Shown: piece by piece, positions 40,532-50,049 of the stretch
Layout of the letters: each line of letters starts with the position of its first letter
Numbering within the stretch: the stretch's first letter is position 1
IMG/VR virus record: IMGVR_UViG_3300028045_000008
Span: 50,372 to 114,371 of that record
DNA: 64,000 bases
From: a virus
Direction: 5' to 3' (one strand)
Program-made: the position numbers and the translations under genes
The notes under the pieces: generated by a model
Told to the model about the DNA's origin: nothing
What the model saw: only the letters and a program-made list of their open reading frames with translations
Databases searched by the model: none

Positions 40532-43169
40532 AATGCTAATCCCGATGGCGGCCATGTTATTCACCGGCTGCATTGAATATGAGGTAGAAGCTATCAAGCC
40601 AGAAGTAACACCTGGCCCAACCTACTTTACTGATCTTCCAGATGGGAAGTGGTTACCACCACAAAAAGATATGTCAACACCAGATGGACCCGTAGACTTA
40701 GGAGATCCACTCCTCCCAGATATCGAGGTGAGTTTTATACAGTATGACTTCGGGACTCGCGAACTGACTGACCCGCCACTTGATGTAATCCTTGAGATAC
40801 GGAATGTTGGCGACTATCCTCTTCGTATTAATCAGGTAGCGCAAACCTCTGTATCGAACTCTTTCATTCTAGGTCCCCTGGTGAGCAATGAGCTATTACC
40901 AGGAGGAGTAGAAAGTCTTATAATTAGTTATAAGCCGACAATCCATGGCCCAGATGCTAGCATGATAAAGGTGGAGTCGAACGATCCCGATGAACCTTCT
41001 GTTATCATTTTTCTTGCGGCGAATGGGGCCACTCCCAAATTAGAAATCGATCCCTTAGTAATCGATTTTGGTTCAGTAGACCCCATAAACACTCCTGTTA
41101 GTATGTCAGTTGATCTGACTAACGTAGGCGATGGCTTGGTGGAAATAAGCAAAATACAAGAGATTAAATCAAACCTGGACATCAATATTAGCGTTTTTCC
41201 CTCAACAAAGTTGACTCCTGGTCAAAAGACCACGATGCAATTATCTTATCTTCCGACTGATTCTGGAAAAGATGTAGAGAAGATTGAGATCGTAAGCAAC
41301 GACCCGGCCAACTCTGTACAGAAAGTTACCGCAAAAGCAAAAACCGCTGACCCAGACCTAGAAGCCCCGCCCCTGCTGGACTTCGGCACTATAGAGGTTG
41401 GTAGTTCCTTGACCAAGACATTCGATATCGAGAATGTGGGCACCGGAAAACTACAAATAACTGGCGTATCATTTCCACAGAGCACGGGCACATTCAATAT
41501 CAAGAAGACCTTCATTGGTGACATTTCGCCAGGAAACTCAGAGACTTTGGAAGTTGAATATGCCCCTGATGACTACCTCCCAGACATGTCCAGTCTCCAG
41601 ATAACATCCAATGATCCAGCAGACCCAACGTACACTGTCTCTCTTCATGGTGTCGCCGGAATTCCAGAGATAGAAGTAGATCCCCTTGCGGTAGATTTTG
41701 GAAACGTCGATGTCCATGGCGCGCCACCAATGGAAAAGGTGAAGGTATCTAATGTTGGGACAGGTAACTTGGTTATAGCCCCAGTATCGCTCAAACACAA
41801 TACCGTCTTCTCTTGGGTTTTACCAACGAATTCGTTGCCCCCTGGAGCCTCCGCAAATATAGAAATCTCATATAGTCCGATCGCGTACGCGCTCGACTCT
41901 GATGAACTATCGATCGGCTCAAACGACCCAAACAACTCCCTTGTTCTAGTCCCTGTTATTGGCGCAGGCTCCGCTCCAAAGCTGGAGATTTCTCCAGACC
42001 CGTATGATTACGGAACAGAATATCTAGAGTGCGATCAAGAACAGACAATAGACTTAAAGAATGTCGGTGATGTCGATCTTGAGATCTCTAAAATAGAATA
42101 CTTTACGTCTTTTCCGAGCCACTTTTCGATCGATTATGATCTCGTGCTAAACGGACAATTTCCCTGGACAATACCTCCAGGTTCTCAAAACTCGGTATTC
42201 ATCGAATATATGCCCTTGTCAGCCACGACAGACTCTTCCTTTATCAAGGTCACGTCCGACGATCCGCTTTCTCCAACTAAGATGTCCTATCAATATGGCG
42301 AAGGTATTTATTATTCTTCAGTTATGGACACGCATATCCAAGATACGGTCATGATGTCTGACATCCTCTTTGTGATTGATAACTCCTGCTCTATGGGATC
42401 CTGGCAATCACATGTAGCAACAAACTTTGACTCGTTCATTACGGTGTTTCAGAACTCTGGAGTGGACTATCACATTGCAATTATAACTACGGATAATCCC
42501 TCTTTCGTTGGGAGTATTATCGACAACTCGACTATCGACCCGATCACCGAATTTACAACGCAGGCCCAAGTAGGGACGTGGGGCTCTGGCCAGGAGCGCG
42601 GCCTAGATATGGCCTACGAGGCACTAAGCCCTGGTGGTTCCGCGGCCCCTGGTTCAGCCTTCGAGCGAACTGACGCCAAGATGTCCATCATTTTTGTATC
42701 GGATGAACCTGATTACTCATACGAATTGGTGCAGCCACTTGACTATTCATCATTCTTTAAGGGAGTTAAGATCAGTTCGTCGAGGATTGTTTCTCATTCT
42801 GTAAGCGGGGATTGCCCTAGTGGTTGCACAATGCCATACATCTCAAATGGGTACACGTATAGCAAAAGCGCCTGGTGCAACTACGACTACATTGATGTGG
42901 TCACTGACATGGGCGGCTCACAGTTATCTTTGTGCGACACCGATTGGGGCCTCAAGATGGAGACTTTGGCCAAAGACTCGATTGTAAAGTCTTCCTTTGA
43001 ATTATCTGATACCCCCATTGCACCCACAATCGAGGTGCTCGTAGATGGGGCAATAACAGGAAATTGGACTTATGACCCTGCTATAAACAGCGTCGTATTC
43101 GATCCAGCCAGTATTCCACTGGCAGGAAGCATCATAGATATCAGTTATAATATTCTAGGAGGTTGCTGA
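40515..43169 (+). CDS. Lipoprotein with five Ig-like (choice-of-anchor D/ASH-type) repeats and a vWA domain
   Basis: Lipobox LFTGC; five DFG..NVG..L.I...S(N/D)DP repeats; MIDAS DILFVIDNSCSM; FVSDE. Confidence 0.8.
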   Translation: MNRLTKMLIPMAAMLFTGCIEYEVEAIKPEVTPGPTYFTDLPDGKWLPPQKDMSTPDGPVDLGDPLLPDIEVSFIQYDFGTRELTDPPLDVILEIRNVGDYPLRINQVAQTSVSNSFILGPLVSNELLPGGVESLIISYKPTIHGPDASMIKVESNDPDEPSVIIFLAANGATPKLEIDPLVIDFGSVDPINTPVSMSVDLTNVGDGLVEISKIQEIKSNLDINISVFPSTKLTPGQKTTMQLSYLPTDSGKDVEKIEIVSNDPANSVQKVTAKAKTADPDLEAPPLLDFGTIEVGSSLTKTFDIENVGTGKLQITGVSFPQSTGTFNIKKTFIGDISPGNSETLEVEYAPDDYLPDMSSLQITSNDPADPTYTVSLHGVAGIPEIEVDPLAVDFGNVDVHGAPPMEKVKVSNVGTGNLVIAPVSLKHNTVFSWVLPTNSLPPGASANIEISYSPIAYALDSDELSIGSNDPNNSLVLVPVIGAGSAPKLEISPDPYDYGTEYLECDQEQTIDLKNVGDVDLEISKIEYFTSFPSHFSIDYDLVLNGQFPWTIPPGSQNSVFIEYMPLSATTDSSFIKVTSDDPLSPTKMSYQYGEGIYYSSVMDTHIQDTVMMSDILFVIDNSCSMGSWQSHVATNFDSFITVFQNSGVDYHIAIITTDNPSFVGSIIDNSTIDPITEFTTQAQVGTWGSGQERGLDMAYEALSPGGSAAPGSAFERTDAKMSIIFVSDEPDYSYELVQPLDYSSFFKGVKISSSRIVSHSVSGDCPSGCTMPYISNGYTYSKSAWCNYDYIDVVTDMGGSQLSLCDTDWGLKMETLAKDSIVKSSFELSDTPIAPTIEVLVDGAITGNWTYDPAINSVVFDPASIPLAGSIIDISYNILGGC

Positions 43170-43504
43170 TGAATGAGAGAATAGAAAAACCATGGGGATT
43201 TGAGATTATTTGGGCCAAAACTGACGATTACGTGGGAAAACTCCTACACATCACCTCCGGTAATCGTTTGTCGAGACAGTATCATGTTAAGAAAGAGGAA
43301 ACAGTCTATGTTCTAAAGGGGATTCTCTATAACTACGATGAAGCCGGAAACGTACAGAGGATACTTCCAGGTCACTCCTTCCACGTCGAACCGGGCCAGA
43401 TTCACAGATTCGCTGCCATGGAATCGAATGTTGAATTGATCGAAGTGAGTACCAACCATCTCGATGATGTGGTCCGCTTAGCTGATGATTACAGGAGGGA
43501 TTGA
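43169..43504 (+). CDS. Cupin protein (mannose-6-phosphate isomerase C-terminal-like)
   Basis: EKPWG, LSRQYH..KEE, H..PGQIHR, EVST..DDVVRL.DDY. Confidence 0.8.
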   Translation: MNERIEKPWGFEIIWAKTDDYVGKLLHITSGNRLSRQYHVKKEETVYVLKGILYNYDEAGNVQRILPGHSFHVEPGQIHRFAAMESNVELIEVSTNHLDDVVRLADDYRRD

Positions 43505-43851
43505 TGACATCCAAATTCTTGCTCGCTTGTTTCTTAATCCTTTTAGGTCATGTGGTATCTTGGTATGCGACATACTCGCAGTTCATATGGGGTTGGTGCA
43601 AGGATAATGTAATCTTGCTGCCGCTGATATTCTCTATCCCTACTGGGTACTTATTCACTTATGGAATGAGGTTTGCAGTTCAGGAGATGGGTGAAGCTTG
43701 GGGCCCCAGGCTTGTTGGTTTCGGAATTTCTTATTTGGTTTTTCCGCTGTTGACTTATTATTATTTTAATGAAAGCATGTTCACACCCAAGACCATGGTG
43801 TGTGTCCTGTTGTCGTTTCTCATAGTCGCAATTCAAGTGTTTTGGAAATGA
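43501..43851 (+). CDS. Four-TM small membrane protein (SMR/EamA-like size)
   Basis: Four hydrophobic segments in 116 aa. Confidence 0.65.
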   Translation: MMTSKFLLACFLILLGHVVSWYATYSQFIWGWCKDNVILLPLIFSIPTGYLFTYGMRFAVQEMGEAWGPRLVGFGISYLVFPLLTYYYFNESMFTPKTMVCVLLSFLIVAIQVFWK

Positions 43852-43889
43852 TTTGGACTATTTATTTTATATGACAGGAGTTATAAAAC

Positions 43890-44246
43890 ATGTCCTCGCT
43901 AGATAAGAAGATAGAAGAAGCCCTGAATACCCTAAGAGAAGAAAAGTATAGATTAAGAACTTTCCAGGTTATCTTGAGACTGGAGATTGACTCCGACAAG
44001 GGTGTCGAAGAAAGCATGCAGGCAATTCGAGCAATCGAAGGGGTTACAGTGGTTACGGCCCTGGATTCAAACTACGATGAATCCAGGGGAGTCTATACAA
44101 GCAAAGTTAAAGTTAAATTTCACCCCAACAGGGACACCACGCCGCCAACGAAATATATAAATCAGACGCTATTACCGTCCATACGCTCTCGAAAACTATC
44201 TGGCGTAAAATATATCACGAGATCGGAGCCAGAAAGAACGTCTTGA
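43890..44246 (+). CDS. Hypothetical protein
   Basis: RBS AGGAG; IRAIEGVTVV; preceded by ACTATTTA. Confidence 0.7.
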   Translation: MSSLDKKIEEALNTLREEKYRLRTFQVILRLEIDSDKGVEESMQAIRAIEGVTVVTALDSNYDESRGVYTSKVKVKFHPNRDTTPPTKYINQTLLPSIRSRKLSGVKYITRSEPERTS

Positions 44247-44363
44247 GTGAAATACCGCCAGAAAAGTGGCACTATAATGCGTAATAACGCCAAATAAATC
44301 TTCTTTTATATTTTATCCTGATAGTTATTTACAGAGGTTATCCTCTAGGGGGGGGAAATATGT

Positions 44364-45170
44364 ATGCGCGCCACAGAGAGATTTTATAGAGTTTTGACAG
44401 GGATGATGATGTCTGCCATCTTAATTTTGGCAGGATGTCAATCGCCGGAGGGTTTGATCGATCAAGTACCAAATCCAGCGCGCAACACGAGCACTGACTT
44501 CGCCAGCTATTTATACCAGGACGTCGCTCGCTACGATTACGAGACTTATGTTCATCGGATATCGAGAACTTCGGCCGTAAGGGTACAGATAAAATATCCT
44601 TTCGGAACAATTCAGGGATCTGGCACTTATTTCAAGTGGAAAGGCCACACTATGGTTGTGACTGCAGCCCACCTATTCGCATTTGGTGGTGCTTCCGTTC
44701 TTTCATCCGAGGCACTAATATCCAGTCCAGACGAAAGGGTTCTTGGTAGGCTCGTTTATGTAGATAACTACGTCGATGTAGCAATCTTCGCAGTTCCCAC
44801 ACTGGACTCTAGACGTCCAGCTAGGTTCGATAGAGCGACGAACTACCCAATTGGCGAAAAAGTTGTGTATTCCGGATTTCCGGGCGCTAACAAACTCCTA
44901 ACATTCGAAGGCACCCTCACTGGTGATGGGTTTGATACTGACATCTCTATGCAGTCATTTGCTTGGGGAGGGTCATCTGGCTCTGGAGTCTTTGATTCTA
45001 ACGGAGACTATGTTGGGATACTGGTTTCCATCATGGTCGGGCCTGGACCACAAGGCCCGCAACTCATAGGCTCCGTGGTTTACGTCGCTCCTGCTACTCT
45101 GATCGATACGGCACTCTTGCGTCAAAGATTAGACAAGCTAGCAAGGATGAAGAACGATGGTTTTCAGTAG
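44364..45170 (+). CDS. Trypsin-like serine protease, lipoprotein
   Basis: Lipobox LILAGC; GSG, VTAAH, DVAI, GGSSGSGVF. Confidence 0.8.
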   Translation: MRATERFYRVLTGMMMSAILILAGCQSPEGLIDQVPNPARNTSTDFASYLYQDVARYDYETYVHRISRTSAVRVQIKYPFGTIQGSGTYFKWKGHTMVVTAAHLFAFGGASVLSSEALISSPDERVLGRLVYVDNYVDVAIFAVPTLDSRRPARFDRATNYPIGEKVVYSGFPGANKLLTFEGTLTGDGFDTDISMQSFAWGGSSGSGVFDSNGDYVGILVSIMVGPGPQGPQLIGSVVYVAPATLIDTALLRQRLDKLARMKNDGFQ

Positions 45171-46119
45171 ACTTTCGTTTATTGCGTTGCTCTTATTGGC
45201 GCTGGCTTCTTGCACCACCAATATAGATTATACTTTCGATATATCTGACGAACCAGGGGATCTAGAGACAGACATATGGGTGGATTCTTTTACTCAAGTT
45301 GGGTCTTACGAGAACATCGATATCCTCTGGGTTATTGACAGGTCTTGTTCTATGAACGATAATGATGCGGAATTGTTATCTGGAGTAGAATCCATGATGA
45401 ACTCTCTTTCTTCGGACATAAATTGGCGCCTCAAAATAATCACTGCAGGAGATCGCGCTGTTGTACAATCGGATTCGTTTCCATTAACCCGCGGTGCCAC
45501 CTACTCTGATGCTCTAGATATGCTAAATACTCTGCCCAATGATGGGGGAGAAACAGGCTTTGCAGCCCTTTACGACTATATTATGCATGATCCCTATGCT
45601 CAAACTTGGCTGCGCCACAATGCGGCCTTATTAGTGGTTTTTGTGTCAGACGAAGAGGAGCAGAGCAATATGCTCGTTAGCGATTTCACTTCCTGGTATA
45701 GGGACTTGAGGGCTAGTGTATATGTGTCTTCGATAGTAAACGTAGACGCAGCAGAATCCGTTTGTATCTATCCACCCTTCTCCTCGAATATCGGGTATAA
45801 ATACATTGAAGCCACAGATTACTTTAAGGGGAACGTGATAGATATCTGCTCGACCGACTGGTCATCCGGTGTAGCGGAGGCAACTTCTCGCATAGAACCT
45901 TATGAATTCTACACGCTGACTCACATACCTTACGATGATACAATTGTGATTTTCCAAGACGGCACTCCATACAACGCATGGTACTATAGTCCACTAGACA
46001 ATACTGTGTATTTCGATGAAACTCCAGCAGAAGGCCACTTGATAGAGATAGGATATTCCATTAAAGAATACTCATCATTGGACTCCGAGTCATCAACCTT
46101 ATTAACTTCCAATAAATAA
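45157..46119 (+). CDS. vWA-domain lipoprotein
   Basis: Lipobox LALASC; DILWVIDRSCSM; VFVSDEEEQS; DICSTDW; paralog of C-terminal part of 40515 protein. Confidence 0.8.
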   Translation: MVFSRLSFIALLLLALASCTTNIDYTFDISDEPGDLETDIWVDSFTQVGSYENIDILWVIDRSCSMNDNDAELLSGVESMMNSLSSDINWRLKIITAGDRAVVQSDSFPLTRGATYSDALDMLNTLPNDGGETGFAALYDYIMHDPYAQTWLRHNAALLVVFVSDEEEQSNMLVSDFTSWYRDLRASVYVSSIVNVDAAESVCIYPPFSSNIGYKYIEATDYFKGNVIDICSTDWSSGVAEATSRIEPYEFYTLTHIPYDDTIVIFQDGTPYNAWYYSPLDNTVYFDETPAEGHLIEIGYSIKEYSSLDSESSTLLTSNK

Positions 46120-46129
46120 TATAAAATGC

Positions 46130-46158
46130 TTGACATTCTTATATTAAGTTGCTATAAT
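46130..46158 (+). promoter_or_regulatory. sigma70-type promoter
   Basis: TTGACA-17-TG-N-TATAAT. Confidence 0.75.
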
Positions 46159-46196
46159 GTATAAGTAAACTAATTACTTTTGTGTGAGGGTGTGCT

Positions 46197-46484
46197 ATGA
46201 TTAAACGTTTGTTCCATCGTGTTTTGAGGTTGTTTGGCCTGTCGCCAATGTCCTTGGTTGATCCATTGGTGGAGAAGATATTGAGAATCGAACTTAGGAA
46301 TGAGGAGCTTGAAACCTTAGTGCTTGAGCTTACAGACGAAAATAAATCGCTATGGCTCATGCTGGACGAAAATAAAAATTCTTCAAAGCTAGATCGACAA
46401 ACCGTCGATGATTTCATCGAAGAGGTTAGAGAAACCCTGATGGACGAAATGCTCAAGGACTTTGATCCTGTTGGGGAAGCATAG
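46197..46484 (+). CDS. Hypothetical coiled-coil protein
   Basis: 95 aa. Confidence 0.65.
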   Translation: MIKRLFHRVLRLFGLSPMSLVDPLVEKILRIELRNEELETLVLELTDENKSLWLMLDENKNSSKLDRQTVDDFIEEVRETLMDEMLKDFDPVGEA

Positions 46485-46485
46485 G

Positions 46486-47208
46486 ATGACCAGTATCTTT
46501 CTCTTTGATGTCGATGGTACTCTTACGTTGCCACGCACGAGGATGTCTATCGAGTTTGCAGAAATGTTTGACTTGTTAGTAGATAGAGAACTAGTGTATC
46601 TGGTTTCTGGCAGTGACATAGAGAAATTGAGAGAACAAGTCCCGGCCAGTATTTTAAAAAGGTGTGCTGGAATATTTGCTAGCTCGGCTAACGAATTCTG
46701 GATTGGTGATAAACTGCAATATGAAAACACCTATGAACCTTCCACGATGATTATGAAATTCTTAAATGACTCCTTGTCGCATTCAAAATATGAAATCAGG
46801 ACCGGCAAACATATCGAACGCCGCCCCGGCATGTTGAATTTTAGTGTCGTTGGTAGGAACGCGACCAACAAACAGCGCACCGAATATAATGAATGGGATG
46901 AAGAGCACAACGAGAGAGCAACCCTCGCAGCGAATTTGATGGAAGAACATCCAGAACTAGATGTTAAAGTTGGCGGAGAAATATCGATAGATATATATCC
47001 TGTTGGCCTAGATAAGTCGCAGGCCGTTCACTATTTGAGAGAAGAATATGGGAAATGTCAAATTGTGTTTTTTGGAGATAGGACCGATGAGAGTGGGAAT
47101 GATTACAGCGTAGCGGTGGAGATGACGCAGGGGGATATCGTTCATGCTGTTGAGACTTGTGATGATACTTACGAAATTTTAAAAAACTACTTGGGTTATG
47201 AAAAATGA
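46486..47208 (+). CDS. Phosphomannomutase, eukaryotic-type HAD IIB
   Basis: FDVDGTLT.PR, VSGSD, IERRPGMLNFSVVGRNA, GGEISIDI, FFGD..GND. Confidence 0.85.
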   Translation: MTSIFLFDVDGTLTLPRTRMSIEFAEMFDLLVDRELVYLVSGSDIEKLREQVPASILKRCAGIFASSANEFWIGDKLQYENTYEPSTMIMKFLNDSLSHSKYEIRTGKHIERRPGMLNFSVVGRNATNKQRTEYNEWDEEHNERATLAANLMEEHPELDVKVGGEISIDIYPVGLDKSQAVHYLREEYGKCQIVFFGDRTDESGNDYSVAVEMTQGDIVHAVETCDDTYEILKNYLGYEK

Positions 47209-47558
47209 ATAGTGAAGAAAACGAATCAGGTGAAGAGGGCAAACTTTCAATCGAGGAGGTTGAGGCAGAGGATTTAAAGCCTAAGCCCCGACCAAAGCTG
47301 GCGCCCCGCGGGATCGAGACATTTACAGTATGTCGTCAATACGATGAAACTGGAGTTTCCGGCGAAGGAGTTATCATTGAGGGCGTTGTCCTGGGAACTG
47401 GTCAGTGTATAGTTCACTGGCTTTATCCGCCACCCCGCGGTGGTATCGCAATTTTTGACTCGATGACAGATTTTATTAAAGTTCACATTGAGCCTCACCC
47501 TGGAAATAAAACGATTATTACCTATCAAGAAGGGGAACAAGAGGTTTACGGTGACTAA
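47205..47558 (+). CDS. Hypothetical protein
   Basis: DETGVSGEGVIIEGV motif. Confidence 0.7.
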   Translation: MNSEENESGEEGKLSIEEVEAEDLKPKPRPKLAPRGIETFTVCRQYDETGVSGEGVIIEGVVLGTGQCIVHWLYPPPRGGIAIFDSMTDFIKVHIEPHPGNKTIITYQEGEQEVYGD

Positions 47559-47578
47559 TTACAATAGGAGAAGAGACT

Positions 47579-47956
47579 ATGAAAATCACAAAATCTAGGC
47601 TTATTGATTTGATCAAGGAGGAAGCCGAAAGGTTAGCTACACCAGAAGAAAAGGTTGTCGAGGAAGGTATTTTTGATTTCCTTACAGGCACCAAGTCTGG
47701 CCCCTCGCATGGTGAGAAGCTGAATAAAGCATTTGGAGTCCTGGTCGCACAAGATCAGCGCTTGAAGGCCATGATTCAGGATTCGACGAGGGAAATGAAG
47801 CGTCTGTTTACCAGTTTGGAGGCAAAGATTGATAAATTGACACCACCTGAAGAAACGCCACCCGACGACCCCAAGAGCGCGTATCTCCCTCCGACCGTAA
47901 CCGATCCCAGGCTGCGCGGCGACCCCCTGGCCGAGTCCGAGAAAGAGAGCGAGTAA
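47579..47956 (+). CDS. Hypothetical protein, candidate virion internal protein
   Basis: MKITKSRLIDLIKEE start; preceded by ACTAATTA. Confidence 0.7.
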   Translation: MKITKSRLIDLIKEEAERLATPEEKVVEEGIFDFLTGTKSGPSHGEKLNKAFGVLVAQDQRLKAMIQDSTREMKRLFTSLEAKIDKLTPPEETPPDDPKSAYLPPTVTDPRLRGDPLAESEKESE

Positions 47957-48858
47957 TGACTAAAGAATGGAACGAGTATCTTGAAATTCTATCAGAGATG
48001 AAAACCACAGACGATGTGCAGGGGGCTTATGAGAAGCAAGGCGCCGAGTTCATGAAAGTATTGTCTATGGGTGGCAATAAAAACACCGCTCCATACACTC
48101 GACCACGCCCCCCAAGAGGAAAATCGGGCCTTGGGCCACTCGAAGAGGACGTGCCACTCATTCCAGAGATTAAAGAAGATTTAAACCGAGATATCTGGGA
48201 CGAGAATGATAAACTCAAGTCAGAGATCGCTCAAAAGTTATTAAAGATTGCACGAGATTTTTATGAAGGGTTGGATTTAGCAGCCCCAATCTTGGATATC
48301 ACTATAACCGGATCTATCGCAAACTACAACTGGACTGAAAAGTCAGATATAGACTTACATATCCTCATTGATTACACCGCAGTTAACGAAGATGCTGAAC
48401 TGGTCAAGAAATACTTATCCGAGGCAAAAACTAACTGGAATAAGAACCACGAGATAATGATTAAGGATCACGAGGTCGAGGTGTATGTTCAGGATAGCAA
48501 CGAACCACACCACTCGACTGGTGTGTATTCTGTCCTGAATGATGACTGGATCATTAAACCAGAGAGGGCAGAATTTCAAGTTAGCGAAGATGACGTCAAA
48601 AAGAAGAATCAATATTTCATCGACGCAATAGAATTGATAAATAAGATTAAAGAAGATGGAAGGCACGAAGAGGCGTATGGGGATTCCGACAGACTTGCGG
48701 CCAAGTTGCGGAATTATCGCCAGTCTGGCCTGGAAACAGGGGGGGAGTATTCGGTCGAGAACCTAGTGTTTAAAGGGTTGAGGAACTCTGATTATATAGG
48801 AAAGCTATATGATATCAAGAAAGACTCTTATGACGCTATCATGTCAATAGAACAATAA
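47956..48858 (+). CDS. Pol-beta superfamily nucleotidyltransferase
   Basis: ITGSIANYNW..KSDIDLH and VEVYVQD (GS..DxD..E/D). Confidence 0.75.
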   Translation: MTKEWNEYLEILSEMKTTDDVQGAYEKQGAEFMKVLSMGGNKNTAPYTRPRPPRGKSGLGPLEEDVPLIPEIKEDLNRDIWDENDKLKSEIAQKLLKIARDFYEGLDLAAPILDITITGSIANYNWTEKSDIDLHILIDYTAVNEDAELVKKYLSEAKTNWNKNHEIMIKDHEVEVYVQDSNEPHHSTGVYSVLNDDWIIKPERAEFQVSEDDVKKKNQYFIDAIELINKIKEDGRHEEAYGDSDRLAAKLRNYRQSGLETGGEYSVENLVFKGLRNSDYIGKLYDIKKDSYDAIMSIEQ

Positions 48859-48875
48859 CAAGGAAACACCAATGA

Positions 48876-49181
48876 ATGAATCATTTTTCGTTCAAACTCG
48901 GAGATATAATAAAGTGGGGCCCAACTTTCATGGTGGAAAACGAGCCCCCGGTAATTTCCTATGGCATGGTTATAAAAGATATGGAGACTGTGAGGGGAGG
49001 TAAATACTCCTACGGACCCCTTGTTGACTCCGATGGCGAGGTCAAGATGACGTTTATTGAGCCCATGTCAGCTATAACGGTCTTTTCATTCAAGGACCAA
49101 AAAGTGATAGTCTTGTACCAGAATCCAGATGACATCCCGCTGAACATAGAAAGAGTTTGTTTTAATAATAAAAATCCTTGA
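48876..49181 (+). CDS. Small SH3-like hypothetical protein
   Basis: FKLGDIIKW...YGMVI. Confidence 0.6.
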   Translation: MNHFSFKLGDIIKWGPTFMVENEPPVISYGMVIKDMETVRGGKYSYGPLVDSDGEVKMTFIEPMSAITVFSFKDQKVIVLYQNPDDIPLNIERVCFNNKNP

Positions 49182-49206
49182 CAATCTGCTACTTTTGGTG
49201 TATAAT
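49178..49206 (+). promoter_or_regulatory. sigma70-type promoter
   Basis: TTGACA-17-TATAAT. Confidence 0.75.
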
Positions 49207-49228
49207 TTATAATATACACGGAGAAAAT

Positions 49229-49636
49229 ATGCGAGTAGATATTGAGTCTAGCGAACTAGAGGTGGAGCACTGCCTGGAGATGCTAATACCAAGGCTACAA
49301 AAAAAAGTGGACGACCGCCACAATCTTATCTGTGAAAAGAGTCCTTCCTCAACGATAGTCGGCAAGTCATTCTTGACCGAAAGTAGACCACCAGTCCTAA
49401 CAAAGAAGAAGGGAAGAGTTTATTGGAAATTGGCTCTTGAGAGCAGAAATGACTTCGGAGGACACTCCAGCACAGTATATGGATTTATCAGAAAGTCCGA
49501 TGGCGCCATATTTCGCCCTGCAACCTGGAGAAAACCGGAGACAAGAACAAGGAATGCCATTAAGGGCTTTGTAACAGAAGAATTCCCAGAAGATTACTTC
49601 ACTGCCTTCGGCGTGATATACGATATGGAGTGTTGA
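49229..49636 (+). CDS. Hypothetical phage protein
   Basis: RBS GGAG; GFIRKSDGAIFRPATWRKP. Confidence 0.7.
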   Translation: MRVDIESSELEVEHCLEMLIPRLQKKVDDRHNLICEKSPSSTIVGKSFLTESRPPVLTKKKGRVYWKLALESRNDFGGHSSTVYGFIRKSDGAIFRPATWRKPETRTRNAIKGFVTEEFPEDYFTAFGVIYDMEC

Positions 49637-49791
49637 TGCAATACAATACTTACAAATTGATCATCGAACTTTTGAATCAAGAGCTTAAAAAGTCAGATAG
49701 AATCCCAACTTTGTTTTATCACGAAGAGATTAGAGAGGCAAAGAAAGATTTTATAAGTCACATAAATCGGAAAGCAGGGGAAAAGAAATGA
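49636..49791 (+). CDS. Small hypothetical protein (not in ORF track)
   Basis: 51 aa, overlaps both neighbours at start/stop. Confidence 0.5.
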   Translation: MQYNTYKLIIELLNQELKKSDRIPTLFYHEEIREAKKDFISHINRKAGEKK

Positions 49792-49985
49792 GTTATGACA
49801 CACTCGGTGAAGGCAATATGATGTGGACAGTCATCTTTAGAACACTATGTGGAAAGCCGGATAGCTGTATCACATCGGGCCCACACTCAAAGGTGAAATG
49901 CTGGAACCTCGCAAATCAAAAATATAATCAATTGCTCGCTATCATACCGGGGAATCACCAAGTTTATACTAAAAAGGACTCTTGA
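49788..49985 (+). CDS. Small hypothetical protein
   Basis: 65 aa; stop TGA lies in the promoter repeat. Confidence 0.55.
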   Translation: MSYDTLGEGNMMWTVIFRTLCGKPDSCITSGPHSKVKCWNLANQKYNQLLAIIPGNHQVYTKKDS

Positions 49986-50036
49986 CATTCTCTTGACAAT
50001 TAAACACTAGACAAGACTAGAAATATCGTGTATAAT
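49981..50036 (+). promoter_or_regulatory. Composite promoter repeat 1 (drives tRNA)
   Basis: TTGACA 49982, TTGACA 49993, -35 TAGACA 50008, TATAAT 50031. Confidence 0.8.
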
Positions 50037-50049
50037 GTATATACATAAT

